Below are positions 41,899 through 57,154 of a DNA stretch of 64,000 nucleotides, piece by piece. Source of the DNA: Amoebidium appalachense. Its lineage: Eukaryota; Protista; Ichthyosporea. Numbering within the stretch: position 1 is the stretch's first letter; every line of letters begins with the position of its first letter. The notes under the pieces are model-generated. The model worked only from the letters and a program-made list of their open reading frames with translations. It ran no database searches and was not told the DNA's origin. The position numbers were made by a program, and so were the translations under genes. Location of the stretch: positions 3,976,639 through 4,040,638 of the forward strand of contig CAVNZM010000011.1 of the NCBI GenBank assembly GCA_963693365.1, read 5' to 3'.

Positions 41899-43675
41899 TT
41901 CTCCCCCGTCCTCTTTTGCACCACTCCACTATCCACACCACTTTTTCCTCCCTTTCTGCCCGGTTTCTTCCTCCTTACCGCCGACTATCAAATCACCTTT
42001 TTATCTATTTACTGCACAAGTTTTTTGCTGGCCCCCCCTCTCCTCCCCCTGTTCCCCAAACACATCCATTCTCCGTCTCTCCTCCTTTCTCTGTCTTCCC
42101 CTCTCCCCCCTCTACCACCATTACCGCCACCGCGGCCACCCCCCCCCCCCTCCCCCCCCGCCCCAACACACACACACACACACACACACATACACACACA
42201 CGCATACACACCCACACACAACCCCCTCCCCCCCCCCGGTGCCCCTCTCACCCCCTCCCCCCCCTTCCCCCCCTCCCCCCCTCTCCCTCCCGCCCTTCCA
42301 ATACTATTAGACATCTACACAATGTCCTGCACATTTCTTTTCTTCTCCCACACACAACCACTCTCGGACCCTAACACTTAAAGCACCCCCCCACAGGCAA
42401 CACCGTAGCCATGGGTCTTGCCACGGCCATGGACACCCTGTGCAGCCAGGCATACGGGTCGGGCCAGAAGGAGAAACTGGGGGTGGTTCTGCAGCGTGCT
42501 TTAATGATCCTGTGGCTAATCTCTCTTCCTATTGGTGCTACTTGGTATTTTGCCGAAGACCTGCTGCTTTGGGTGAAGCAGGATCCCGCGGTATGCAGAC
42601 CTTCCCCCCTCCCAACCCCCCCCCCCCCCCCCCCCCCTTTGACACCCCCAACACACACACATACACATACACACACACACACGCACTGCTTTTTGCTTTC
42701 TTTGACAAACAACCATGTTCCCCTCCCCTCCCCCCCCTTCCCGGAGGAGAACGGGCTCTACTTGTGTTTCATGCTCGTGGTTGCTCATTGTCTCATCACA
42801 TCTGCATTGTATTCTTCGCTCGTAATTCAGAGTGGTTCGTATTGTGTAACACACACTATTACCTTAACCCTTCCCCACCCTCCTCCACCCCTGCCACCAC
42901 CACCATACACCCCTTTCCCCCAAAGACTCCCTCACACACCGACATACAAAGACTCCCTAACACACCAACACACCATATCACCACAAAACCATGGTATGTA
43001 ATCGAAAATGAAGTTTTAACCCCTCCCCCCCCCCCCCCCCCCCCCCTCGAGCACGTACTCTGCCGAAAGTGTATAGTTACCTTGGTTTGGCCTTACAATG
43101 TGTGGATGTGTGCCCTACGAAATTCTGTTCGTCAGCGGTCATATTGAATTCCTAGCTGTGACTGCATCCGCCCCCCTCATCCCCCCCCTCCCCCCTCCCC
43201 TTCCCGTCGTCCTCCCCCCCCCCCCCCCTCCCCCCCCCCCCCCCCCTCCCCCCCCCCCCTACATACACACTTTCACAAGCACTGCTGTAATTCAGGGTTT
43301 ATCCTATTGTTGCCCTTTAGCTCACACCCCTCCCACACACACACACACTGCACCCCTCTCCTCGAACGCACATGCATCCAGGCACACACACACGCGCGCG
43401 CACGCGTACACATACACGTACACACACACGTACACACACACGTACACACACACACACACACGTACACACACACGTACACGTACACACACACGGACACGTA
43501 CACACACGTACACACACACGTACACGTACACGTACACACGTACACACACACGTACACACACACACACACGTACACACACATGTACACACACACACACATA
43601 CACACACACATACACGTACACGTACACACACACACACACACGTACACACACACACACGTACACACACACGTAGAT

Positions 43676-43715
<40 letters not shown>

Positions 43716-43984
43716 ACACATACAGGTTGCCCACCTCTCGGGCAAGTTCTGCCGTGAGTCCCTCATCGGTATGTGGGCTATTTTTATCTACATGTGTCTG
43801 CAAAAGTACCTGCAGGCCCAAGGAATCGTCAAGCCCGCCATGTACATTGCCATATTTAGCAATCTCGCCACTGTTTTCCTTAATTGGTTCTTTATTTTCT
43901 TCCTCGATATGGGCTTCAGCGGCGCACCTCTTGCACGTGCGTGCTGCCAGTGGATGAACGTGATTCTGCTGCTGGGTTACATGA

Positions 43985-44039
<55 letters not shown>

Positions 44040-44433
44040 CATGTAAACACATCTGTATTGGCATAAAAAGGGTGGGAGGGGGAGGAGGGAGCGGGGGGCG
44101 GGGGGGGAGGGGGGAGGAGGGAGAGGGGAGGGGGCGGGGGGGGGGGGGGGGAGGGGGGGGGGGGAGGGGGGAGGGGGGAGGGGCGGCTGTGGAGGCTTAT
44201 GCGAATGCATTCAGCATCCCTGTAAAGGAACATGTATGTGCAGACATATAACACAACTACACACACGCGCGCATACTGCCACACGCACATGTACACATGC
44301 ACACACGCACACATGCGCATACACACTTGCTCACACTCACAGGTAAGCCCGCACACCAGCACACACACACCCGCATGCACACAAACATACACATACACGG
44401 TTGGAGTGCAGATGCGTTGATCTTTTGGGATCG

Positions 44434-44471
<38 letters not shown>

Positions 44472-46183
44472 TTTGCATGTAGAGGCAGAGGAAGCTTGCA
44501 GATCATTATCCCTCTTGTGTGTGTTCACGTGTGTGCCGTGTTGTTCTTTTTCCTCCCTTTTCTCAGAGTCTATGCTTTTGTTTTGATGTCTACTTTTTAA
44601 TAACACAATACTGACCAAATGCTATTGTGCAGGTGACGGGTGCCGGTTCAGAGACGTGGGGTGGCTGGAGCCGTGATGCCTTCAAGGAGTGGGGGGGATT
44701 CCTCGCCCTGGCCATTCCCGGCCTTATCATGTCCTGCGCCGAGTTCTGGGCTTTCGAAATTCAAACCCTGTTTGCCGGGTATTTTGGCACCGAGTACCTC
44801 TCCGCCCAGTCCGTCATCATTCAGATCATTTGCGTGTCTGGTATGGCCCCCATGGGTGTCGGTGTTGCTTCGTCGATCAGGGTCGGAAATTATCTCGGAA
44901 AAGGAAACGCAAAAGACGGAAAGAAGGCTGCCGTGTCAGCCCTCATGATTGCTCTCATCATGACTACGGTCACATCCGCTCTGGCAATCGGATTCCGTTA
45001 CCAGATTCCCCGAATCTACACGCAATTTGACGATGTCGTTCATGTAGCTGCCGATGTCATTCTCGTTGTGGGCGGTTTCCTAATTTTCGACGGAACCCAG
45101 GCCACTGCATCGGGTATTCTCCGTGGTTGTGGCCGGCAGTCTGTAGGAGCAATTCTGAATGCCGTGTGCTATTACGGGATTGGTCTGCCCCTGGGCTACT
45201 ATTTTGGGTTCAAGCTGGACCACAAGACACGGGGCCTGTGGGAGGGCATGTTCATTGCCCTCATCATTGTGTGCAGGTATGTCATTTATGCCCCCCCCCC
45301 CCCCCCCTCTTCCCCCTCTTTTTTCCGGTAACAACCACACACATGCCCACGCACACACACAGACAGCCAAGACCATCCCCACCTGTGCACGTGCGTATGT
45401 GGCCTATGGAGTATTGAATGTTGCGCTATGCTCTTTGTTCGTCTATGAACATGCGCTCCCTCGTCCCCCCCCCCCCCCTCCCCCCCTCCCTCCCCTCCTT
45501 CCCTCTTTTTGCGTCTCGTCTATTGCATCTAAAAGTGGTGTGGGTGTGTTGTGTGGTGGTGGTGTGTGTGAGTTTCGGGGGGGGTGGGATTGGGGGTTGA
45601 GGGTTGTTTGGGGGAGTGGGGGGGGGGGAGGGGGGGGCAAGCTTAGGCAGGGGCAGCATAGTTGCATGAATCACGTTAGCACACAAAAGCTCTGGGCTGA
45701 GCCCTGTCCCCCCCCCCCCCCCCCCCCCCTCCCCCCATCCCCCCTCCCTCCCCCCGCTCCCCCCTTCCCCTTCCTCCTGGGCAACGAATGGGTTAAAACT
45801 TGGCTACTGTAAGGACTTGCCCCCCCATTGATGATGGGTTGCTGTTTATAATGCTTGCCATTCAAGTGTGCATTGCATCATACAATGCCTTTTGGTTATG
45901 ATGTGTAAATTTCTGGTTCTGGTTCTCTGTAATACATTCTAACCCCCCCCCCCACCCCACCCCCCCCCCAAAAAAAAAAAAAAAAAAAAAAAAAAAACCC
46001 CATCCCACCCACCCTCTCTCTCCCCCTCCATCCTACAGCGTGATGGTGTACATGACCCTTAACACCGACTGGGAGAAGCAAGTCCGATTGGCACACGAGA
46101 GATTGGGCCTTAAACTGCCCAGCAACAACGAGGAAATTACCAAATCGGGCGAGGTGGTGGAGGATGAGACCCATAACAATTAA
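40461..46183 (+). CDS. MATE (SLC47-like) multidrug/toxin efflux transporter; exons 40461-40676, 41373-41478, 42397-42590, 43726-43986, 44633-45276, 46039-46183
   Basis: LAWP, GLATAMDTLCSQAYG, LQKYLQAQG, TWGGWS..LAIPG..EFWAFE, RVGNYLG, GILRGCGRQ, GLWEG, TDWEK; all junctions are GT-AG and in frame. Confidence 0.93.
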
Positions 46184-47506
46184 GGGCCGTTTAGCCAATA
46201 GTGGACGAGAGTTAAATTTTAAGTAAGGATATGTCAAGTATGAGTGGTGGTGGTGGTGTAGGATTGTGGTGGATTGATAGGTGGCTCGTGGATGTGGAGC
46301 TATACAGAGCCCCCTTTTTATTATTTATTATTTTGTGGGGTGGTTGTGTTGTCAGTGACTTCCGTCCAATCACTTGGGGCTGTTAAAGTGATATGCTGAT
46401 TTACTGGTGCATTGAATAGGCAATATATGTCCTTTCTAATAGGTCATGTCTCGGATGAAACGACAATATTTAGGGTGAGCCGGAAGACGGGTTAGGTAGA
46501 AAACACACTTGCTTTTTTCCTTATTTCTGTCTTTGCCTTTCTTATTTTGGTTTCTTTTATTTGTAGTATACTGGAGTACCATGTGCAATATGCGCATATA
46601 TCTAACGAGTAAAGGCCAGTGTGGGAGGAAAGTCCCACAGTAAACTTCGTGCCCATATGTGGCACGCATAAATACATACTATTCTCTCCGTGATTGTTCG
46701 CTCCCTCCCCCCCCCCCCCCTCCCCCCCCCCCCCCCCCCCCAGCCCCTCATAAGTCCTTCCCCCCCCCCCCCCCCAGCTCTCACAAGTCCTTCCCCCCTC
46801 CCCCCCCCCCCCCCAGCTCTCATAAGTCCTTCCCCCCTCCCCCCCCCCCCCCCCCCCCCCCGGGGCCCCAACCCACCGCAGTCGGAAGCCAATAACTTGT
46901 TTATTCGGGCTCTAAGCGGACACACACATTAATTGCAAAAACATCACACATAGCCGGTAGGTACCGCACGCACACCAACCGTTCAAACATGCTTGGGCAA
47001 TGCACAGTGTTGTCATGTTTTGCAACCATTGTACATGTGCCATTGACAGAATATCCCACCGCGGTAAGCGATTCAACAGCAGAATATCCCCGAAAGGACC
47101 CCTTTACTGGCCTGCAGTACCCGGCCCGCCACACATCTATGCCGCACCGATTTGCCTGATGATTTCTATTGACGCATATGCACATCGCGAGCACGTCAAG
47201 TGCCACATGCACAAACACATAACGGTACATAAACAGACACACACCTACTTGTACGTGCACACACGTGCGTATATATGCGGCAATACGCACGCACGTACGC
47301 GTACATACGAGTTGTCGAGCCACGCGCGTACGGTCGGATTTATTGTAGTTGGTTAGGTTATGATCATGAACACAAAAGGCAATTAATCATGAATTATATG
47401 TGCACGTGTGGACTTATTTGAAGTATTGGAATTAACTGCTGTAGCAACCATGTAAGTAGTGTGCGTATCGGATTCCCGTGTGTGTGCTTGCATGTGTGTG
47501 TGTCAC

Positions 47507-47562
<56 letters not shown>

Positions 47563-47740
47563 CGCGCGTACACGCGGGTATGTGTCCTTTTGAGTGTTTT
47601 TTTTTTTTTTTTTTTTTTTTTTTTGTGGTGGTGGTGCATGAGTCTGTCTGTCTGTCTGTGTGTGTGTGTAGGCGCATGGGCACAGGAGTGCATGTCACAG
47701 CGTGTACGTGTTTATGTTTGTGTGATTGTGTTTTTTTTTT

Positions 47741-47787
<47 letters not shown>

Positions 47788-48784
47788 GGAGGACCCGGGG
47801 GGAAGGGGGAGGAGGAGAGGGGGGGGATTGCATTAATATCAATTGTGCCACGAGTTAGTTTGTGTTTGTGTGTAGGCGCATGGGTGCAGGAGTGCCCTAC
47901 ACATGACCGGTGGGGAGAAGGGGCAGGGGAGGGCACGGGGGTTGGGGGACGATTGAAGTGTAGGGGGCAAGGAGGCCTATTAGTAAGGGGATCCCTTAAT
48001 CCTTACGAACTGTATGCAGCAATGTTCATTATTCACGAGGCCTGTTTTCTACCATTCTTCTCCAGGTAGCTGTATTTGCAATTACTTAACAACAAATCGC
48101 CGAATTATCACATATGCAAATCCTGCTACAGGCTGTGGCCCTAACACGCCCATATCCCTGACTATCACCAACACGCGTCCCTGTTATCATACAACCACAC
48201 CTCCACGATCGCTCGTGGACTGTTCATCCAATGTTTACTCTATTTGCTGTTCAACGCCAAGGGGTCACATCAATTCGTGTCCACGAAACTCCCCTAAGGA
48301 GCGGGAAAAATCAATCTCCCCCCCTTCCCCCTCAAAAAACAAAACAAAAAAAAAAAAAAGAGCAAACAACAAACACAAAGCCAAAAGAACAAAACAAAAC
48401 AAAAAAAAAAATCAACAAACAAAAACGAAAACGAAAAAAAAACAAACACAATTATCCAGGCACCACTGGCCACTAATGCTAACCATATAGTATGACGTGA
48501 TCAACTAATGTGTTGACCTGCAGCCTAAGCACATCTTTACACAGGCACACACTATCATCTAAATAACCGTCGGATGCCAACACAACCTATGCAAGCCATA
48601 TACATGCACAGTCGATCTAACAAAACACTAAGATTTTTGCCCCCCCTAGTGGATCGAAACTCGTGGTACAATACTACTTGAACCTTTCCTCAACATGAGC
48701 TAAGCTTATAATGCATACTCGTTGTCTACTCTTCTACACTTGTCTGCCATACACGTGAATGTGTAGATCGTCCTCTGCAACACA

Positions 48785-48818
<34 letters not shown>

Positions 48819-48844
48819 AAAAAAAGAGTGCGATCTACGCCGAT

Positions 48845-49945
48845 CTAGATGGATCGGGGAATGACCTCGAATTTCAGCCAATCCTCGGGCTTGATCACGC
48901 GCAGATCGGCAAAGTCCTTGCCCCACACCTCCAGGCCGGCCTTTCCGATCCAGTCCTTGACTGCACGTGGCAGGCATCCAATCAGAACGTTCCAATAAAA
49001 GTTGGCCTTGCACAATCCACTCGCTCTCATGAAGCCCCCCCCCCCCCCCCCCCAAACACCCACCCACCCATTCACCCACCCACACATGTCCCTCTGTCCC
49101 ACCGCACATACCCACACACCAAAACACACACATCAAAATGAATTATAATCTGGCTGCACCTAGCTGTTTGCATTGTGCATGCCTGAAAAATGAAATGGAT
49201 TGAGAATCTGCGACGACAAGAACTTGGGGACGTGCAGGGTGGTGGTTGTGGTAAGGGTTGGGTGGGTGGGTGGGTGGGTGGTGGGGGGGGGGGGGGGGGG
49301 GGAACCAGGGAAATGATTTTACACAATTGGTTGGGCAGCCAATCAGAACACACCTTTTTCCTGCAGCTCCTGTCTCCTCTCCACCCATTGGAGGGCGTAT
49401 TTCCCGCCGCCTTTGATTCGCAGATACAGGGGCTTGATGGTGCGCGTTGCTCTAGCGAGCTCATCCCAGATGGTAACACACCATGACCCGTAGTTGGACA
49501 GCGCAACACCAAACACGACCATGGCCAGGAATATCTGTGGAATACACGGTGAATATCGTAGTGAATATCTTAATATCAACAACAAAGACAACCATGGCCA
49601 GGAATATCTGTGGAATATCCAGTGAATATCTTAATATCAACACCAAATACAACCATGGCCAGGAATATCTGTGGAATATGCAGTGAATATCTTAATATCA
49701 ACTACAAGGACAACCATGGCCAGGAATATCTGTGGAATATCCAGTGAATATCTTAATATCAACTACAAGGACAACCATAGCTAGGAATTATCTGTGGATT
49801 ATCCAGTGAATATCTTAATATCAAAACAACCATGGTCAGGAATATCTGTGGATTATCCAATTAATATTAGACTACAAAGATAACTACAGCAAAACATATA
49901 TTTTGAATATCCAGCAAGCATCACCTACATAGCCCACATAGCTAT

Positions 49946-50039
<94 letters not shown>

Positions 50040-50406
50040 GATGTATATCCAATTAGCATCAACTACAAAGACAACCACGGCAAGGAATATCTGTGGTATA
50101 TCCAATTAGTATCAACTGCAAAGACAACTATGGCAAGGAATATCTGTGGTATATCCAATTAGTATCAAACACACAGACTTTCATGACCAAGAATATCAAA
50201 ATTAAATATCCCGTCCAATTCAACACCAAAGACCACCCACACAGGCAAAGAATATCTGCGAAACTCGGTACTGATGAACGGAGAAGGAGAGGAGCAAGGC
50301 ATAACATTGAGGGAGATGTGGTGGTGGAGGGTGGTGGTGGTGGTGGTAGTGGTGGTGGTGGTGTGGTTATGTGTGTGTGTGCACGCGCCAGTGTGTGCGT
50401 ATGCGA

Positions 50407-50451
<45 letters not shown>

Positions 50452-50459
50452 TGTATGTG

Positions 50460-50496
<37 letters not shown>

Positions 50497-50550
50497 GTGT
50501 AGGTGTGTGTGCGTGTGTGCGTGTGTGTGAGTGTGTGTGTGTGTGGGTGT

Positions 50551-50634
<84 letters not shown>

Positions 50635-50736
50635 GCGTGTGTGGGTGGGAGAGGGTGGGTGTGGGTGTGGGTGTCTGTGTGTGTGTGCGTTTTTTTTTTT
50701 GGGTTGGTTGGTGGGTGGGTGGGTGGGTGGGTGGGT

Positions 50737-50776
<40 letters not shown>

Positions 50777-52553
50777 GGAAAGAAGAGATTCCCACATACC
50801 CTCCAGGAGAACAGGGAGTACTGTGTGTAGCTAGCCAGGGCCAGGCCAAAGACCAGACAGTAGAGCACAAGGGAGATGGGCACAAGCACGAGCATCGTCA
50901 GGATCTTCCACGTGGCTACTACGTCAAGACTGGGGGGAGGGGGGGAGGGGGGGTTAGACACGCACCTGCATGCAAGTTTGCACACACATGCACGGATGCC
51001 CATGTGCACGCAAGCACGCACACACACACACGCATGCACGCACACACGCACACATATCGCGCATTCATGCCTGCACACACACACACGTACCCTTTCTGCT
51101 TGACATCGCTGCCAGCCAAAGCCTCTTCCTTCTTCTTTCTTGCAATCATGTTTGTCAGAGCACTCATGGGGAACATCAGAACAAACCCGGGGAACCCGAG
51201 CACACCGTACGTGAAGATCATCAAAAGACGAGCAAGAAGGAGAAGGAGAGAGTCGCGCTTGCGGTTTTCGGACTGCGGAAATGTGTGTGTGTGGGGGGGG
51301 GGGGGGGGGGGGGGGAGTTCAGTGTGCGTGTGGGCGTGTGTGTGTGGAGGGGGGGGGGGGGGGGGGGGGGGGTAATGTTAGCAACCATCCCAGCCTCACT
51401 GCCCCCCTCCCCCCCTCCCCCCGCGCTTTATTCATGTATCAATGAGAGAAAAAAAAGCTCCTTACCCCCCCCCCCCCCCCCCCCCCTCCCCAGGCCAAAG
51501 AAAAAACGCGCACAAAAACGCACATACATGCACAAGCGAAAAAGCCCCACGACATACACGCCGAGAGAAGCAAGGGAGTGATCACTTGCCTATGAATTGG
51601 CTGGTTCGTGATCACTGAAAAAAATATCTACCAAACCAACTCTCAGCTTTCAGTATGAGAATTCCTCCCTCCTCCCCTTTCAACCTGAACCCCCCCCCCC
51701 CCCCCCCCCCCCCAAACAACACCCTACATGAATAATATCATATAACACCTACTACCACCCTCGTCTTAATAGTGAACAGAGATTAGGAGATTTACGCCTA
51801 TTTAACTGCGTTTTATTTTAGCATTAACGACTAAGGGCCCAAACAGACAACGTACCCCTTGCAGACTACTGGATTTAGACGACTGCCGGCTGGACTTTCA
51901 ATCTGAAATGATGTCACATTATTAACTACCATAGTAGGTGATAAAAATTGTGACGTCATTTCAACTCGACAGCCAATCGGGAGTCGGCTAATTTCAGTAG
52001 TCTAACGGGGTACGTAGTCTGTATTGAACCTTTTGTCCCTAAAACCTACCGCTAGGCTCATCTTGATGACCTCTCTGTCACTCAGCCCACCCAGCTTCAA
52101 GTCGTTTCTGTATGACAGCAACTCCACACGCAGCTGCTGGAATTCCGGCCAATCGTTGGTCTTTTCCACCGCCTACACCTCACGTGATTGGGTTAGAATC
52201 ATGCACGTATGCCTGTAACATCCATCGAGACAAACTTGTACTGTACCTGAACGAATCAAAGAATGTACAAAGTTGCTGCATCTTTTGCACGGCCTACACA
52301 CCCATTTTGATTCGATGAGATTCATGCATATATACCTTAAAGTTTAATACCGCGACAAACTTATCATGTGCTTGAATCGAACAGCATACGAGGTTGCCCC
52401 CCCCCCCCCCCTCCCCCCCCCCCCCCTCCCCCCCCCCCCCCCCTGAGGAAGATCATAGCAACAGCAGCAGATGCATGCGCGTGTCACGGATACACACACT
52501 CACACATCGAACCACCCACAAGCACCCCGCCTGAACCGTAAAAACCCTCCTTT

Positions 52554-52588
<35 letters not shown>

Positions 52589-52964
52589 TCCACGCACACC
52601 CACACACCTTGCTAAAGTGTCTGTTTAGCCTGTGGTACTCCTCCCTTGTGATGTGGCGCTTTGCAGGAATGTAGACCCGACGGATGGTATGCACAAGCAG
52701 TAGTGTCTCGTAGTTGGGATTGGATACTACCACACCCTCCATCGCATCCTTGATCTGCGATTGGGCGAAAGTCATGCGTGTGAACGGTTGGTTACTCAGA
52801 ACAAAGATCATAGTTACCATGCTAGGCTGCAGCGATGTCTTTGCTGAGGTCCGGAAATATTGATAGAATTGTGTATGGTGTCCTCAGGTACACACACTGT
52901 GACACACAACACACAGATGAACGCACAACACACAAACAAACACACACACACACGAGCACCCGCG

Positions 52965-53040
<76 letters not shown>

Positions 53041-53554
53041 CACGCGCGCACACACATCTACAATGCAACGGAACTGCAACTCGTTTCTTGTAATTGGAAT
53101 ATGATTACGAGACGGAGTTGCCATGCCCGAACATGCAAGCCAATACAATTTAAATGTCCAGCAAACTCTAAAAGCCATTCATTCACTCAATCAACCCCCT
53201 CCCACCCCTCCTCCCTCCCCATCTCTTCCCTTTTTTTCCCACCCTCATCATTTTTCTTATATCTCCCTACATTTTATAAAACTCGTGTCTTCTTTTGATG
53301 AATTTCTTTCTATTTTTGGGTACCTGTGCCATGAGCTGATTGGTTGCCGCAAACCGCTGCTCCTTGGTGCCATCTCGATATGAAGCCACCAGCGCAGGGT
53401 CACTTTAACAGGAGAATACGATTAGTTAGTGTTGTAGCTGTATCAAAATCTTCTGATTGTGTATTTGTTTTGTCTAGTTACCTGGCTGTCTATCACGTTA
53501 GAATATTTGTAATCCAATTTTGATTTTTTTTATCTGTTGATGATGATATTGATA

Positions 53555-53625
<71 letters not shown>

Positions 53626-53759
53626 CACAATATACCAAGGAGGAGCCACAGAGAATAGTTAACCGATGGCGGGTGTATGACCGTGCGTGTGCGGTTTTGA
53701 GTGAATGTGTGAGTTAGCAAATGAAAAATGAACATGTGTGTGTAACTTACATGTACTTG

Positions 53760-53843
<84 letters not shown>

Positions 53844-53967
53844 CGTGTGTGTGCGCGCCCGCGCACACACGTGTGTTGATTGATTGTGCATGTTCGCGTA
53901 ACTTGCAGGCACCTGTGCCGGTTTGTGCCTGTGTGCCTGTGTACCTGTGTGTGTGCCTGTGTGTGTG

Positions 53968-54015
<48 letters not shown>

Positions 54016-54088
54016 TGTGTATAACTTGCATATACATGTGTGTGTGTGTGTTTTGAAAAGGAAGGGTGGGGGCGTGCGAGGGGGGCGG

Positions 54089-54133
<45 letters not shown>

Positions 54134-54358
54134 GGGTTCGACATACATTTCTAGGGGGGGACCAAACTGCACGACGACTCTGCCACGGAACTTGTATGCC
54201 TCCCCATAGTAGTTGAGCCCAACAGGGACTGACACAAAACCAGTCAGAACGTGCCATTTTGAGCTTCAACCAATCATCATGCACCAATGCCAGTGCACCA
54301 TAGATATGTAGATGGGGCCATGAGGAAGGATTTCAAGCGGAGAAAATGGGGGATGGCG

Positions 54359-54413
<55 letters not shown>

Positions 54414-54531
54414 TCTGCATATATAAGCACATGTGTGCGTGGGGGACGTGTGTGCACATGTGTGTGCATGTATTTCTTTTGTTGGTCACCTCCCACCACC
54501 TTTTTCCTACCTCCAAGGCCAAATCCCCCCT

Positions 54532-54573
<42 letters not shown>

Positions 54574-55026
54574 TCCACTTGAACTCTTCTCCTCCGTCTC
54601 CTCTACTTCAGTTTCTATGTGTGTCTTCTATTCGGAAGCCGAAGGAAGACAAAATGTGGGATAGGGAGGGGGGGGGTCTAGGTGAGCACGTAAATTTGCG
54701 TGTCTATCTCTAGGCATGCACGTGTTTGAGAATGTGTATGGGGAGGGGGCGGGATGGTGTGGTGTTGGGATGGTGTGGGGTGGGTGGGTGGGGGGGGGGG
54801 GGGGGGGGGGGGGAGGATGGGTGGGTGGGTGGGGAAAGTGCGCCCGGGGGTGGGGTGGGGTGTGGGGGGGGGGGTGGGGGGGGGGGGGGGGGGGGGGGAG
54901 GGGGGAAGGGGGTAATATACTGATAGGGACGTTCAGTTTTGGGTACTTGGCCATTGCCCCGAGAGCCATAATGCCCACACCAGGCTTGAGTGGTAGCATC
55001 TGGAAGTTGTCGTGGGACCCCCCTGT

Positions 55027-55113
<87 letters not shown>

Positions 55114-56572
55114 GGTGTGCATGTGTGCGCGTCTGTGTGCATGTTGTTTGCACATGCATGTGTGTATGTGTACTCATGCTTTCACGTGTGTTGTATGTGG
55201 GAAGTGTGTGGTGTGTTCATACAAAAAAGATGTGCATGTGTGTGTGTGAGCGTGTGAGCACTTTCGCGCGCGTATATGTTCTATTGTTCCTGCATGTGTA
55301 CGGAAATGGAAACCAAAAACATGGCAAGAGGCAAAGCCTGCATGAAACGAAGGGTAATACGATTGTATAAACAAAACGCGGGCTGGCTACCAACAAACAA
55401 CAAGAATGGCACTAAGATTGTGCTGGTGGAACCTTCCACACCTTAAGCAAGGAGTCCAACTCCCCCCCCCCCCCCCCCTCCCTCCAAAAAAAAAAAAAAA
55501 AAAAACTATTATCAAAACCTCACTCACTATAGATAAACATGTGCAGCAGCAGTAAGGGGAGGAGGAGCACCCTCCTTGCCCCCCCCCCCAAAAAAGGTTG
55601 GGGGGGGGGGGGGGGGGGGGGCTCCCGGATAAAACACCGAAGGATAAACCTAGAGAGAAGGGCATGACCGAGGAGAAGGAAGGGGTGTGTGTGTGTGTAC
55701 ACGTGCTGGGGTGGGGGGGGGGGGGGGGGAAGAGGGAGGCAAGGCGAAGAGAAAGTGCACCCGTGGGTGGGTGGGTGGGTACAGGGGGGGGGGGGGGGGG
55801 GGGATGGGGAGGGGGGGGGGGGGGGGGGGGGGGGGATAAGAGGAGAACAGCGGGGAGGGCGGACACGGAAGGGGAGAAAATATGAGGAGTACACGCACCT
55901 TCAGGAAATATCCCCAAGGAGCCACCCCTCCTGAACAGGTTGTAAACCTCATTGTAGAGTTTGTTGTGGTCGAGGTGCTTGCTGATCTTGAAGGTGCTGG
56001 GGGCGGTGAGAGGGGATGCAAGGGGGGTGTCGAATTCCATGGATGTGTCTGTGTGCACTACTTTCACCTTGTAAAGCTCCTTGCCAACCTGTGTGTGTGT
56101 ACGTGTGTGTGTATGTGTGCGTGTGCGTGGGGGAGGGGAACGGGTGGGGTGGGGGTGGGGTGGGGTTGGGGGGAGGGGGGAGAGGGGAAGGGGGGAGGGG
56201 GAGATTTGTGTGTGTGCCTTTGTGTGTGTGTGTGCACGTTTGAGTGTGCCTGCCAGGCGCGCGTGGGTGTTGGACCCGAGGGGGGGAGGGGGGAGGGAGG
56301 GGACGTTAGGTTGTGAGAAGAACCACCAATACAATGAGCAATATTGGCTCCTCCCTCTGGCTAACCTAGCCAACGGCAAACACTGTGCCTACACGACCCA
56401 CCATAACTATGCACGAGTACAACCAATAATGATTGCATGTGCACACACACACACACGGAAAAAAACTTGGCACGTCCAACAATTACTTTCACCACACCTA
56501 CAAACCAAATCTTGAATAGGCTAGTATGACGGGCCCGGACGGGGGCCACCGGGGGGAGGGGGATGAGTGGGG

Positions 56573-56603
<31 letters not shown>

Positions 56604-57114
56604 AGGGGGGGAGGGAGGGGTGAGGGGGAGGAGGAGGAGGGGTTAACCTTGATTGAATCCCCGGAATGCAATTCCTTCGTAAATTGGGTCCCATTTCCGG
56701 TAATTTTGGCTCCCTCCCCCCGTGATTGTGCCGGTGGCAGTGACGACATTATCTTGTGCACGGGCCACAGGAATGCACTTCATTTGGCGGGCAAACCAAC
56801 CAATCATATGCCGGTTGTAACTCTTTTCCGCTATGATGAATTGCACCTGAGAGGGGGGGAAGGGGGGAGGGGGGCAAAGGGGGAGGGGGGCAAAGGGGGG
56901 GAGGGTAGAATGAGTTAAAGAGTACGAAGTGCGCATTTATCACGGAACAATCAATTCAGATTGCAAAGCAGACATGGTGGTGGTGGTGGTGGTGGTGGTT
57001 GGGGGGGGGGGGGGGGGGGGGGGGGGGAGGAGGGGGGGGGGGGGAGGGGGGTGCTTAGGAAGTGGGAGGGGTGGGCAGGTGGGAAGGGCTGCTGCAAGAA
57101 ACGAGGGGAGAGGG

Positions 57115-57154
<40 letters not shown>

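Noticed and set aside
56705-56725. Programmed frameshift in GPAT
   Set aside because: The shift falls in a G homopolymer in a sequence full of such runs, so a sequencing error is more likely.
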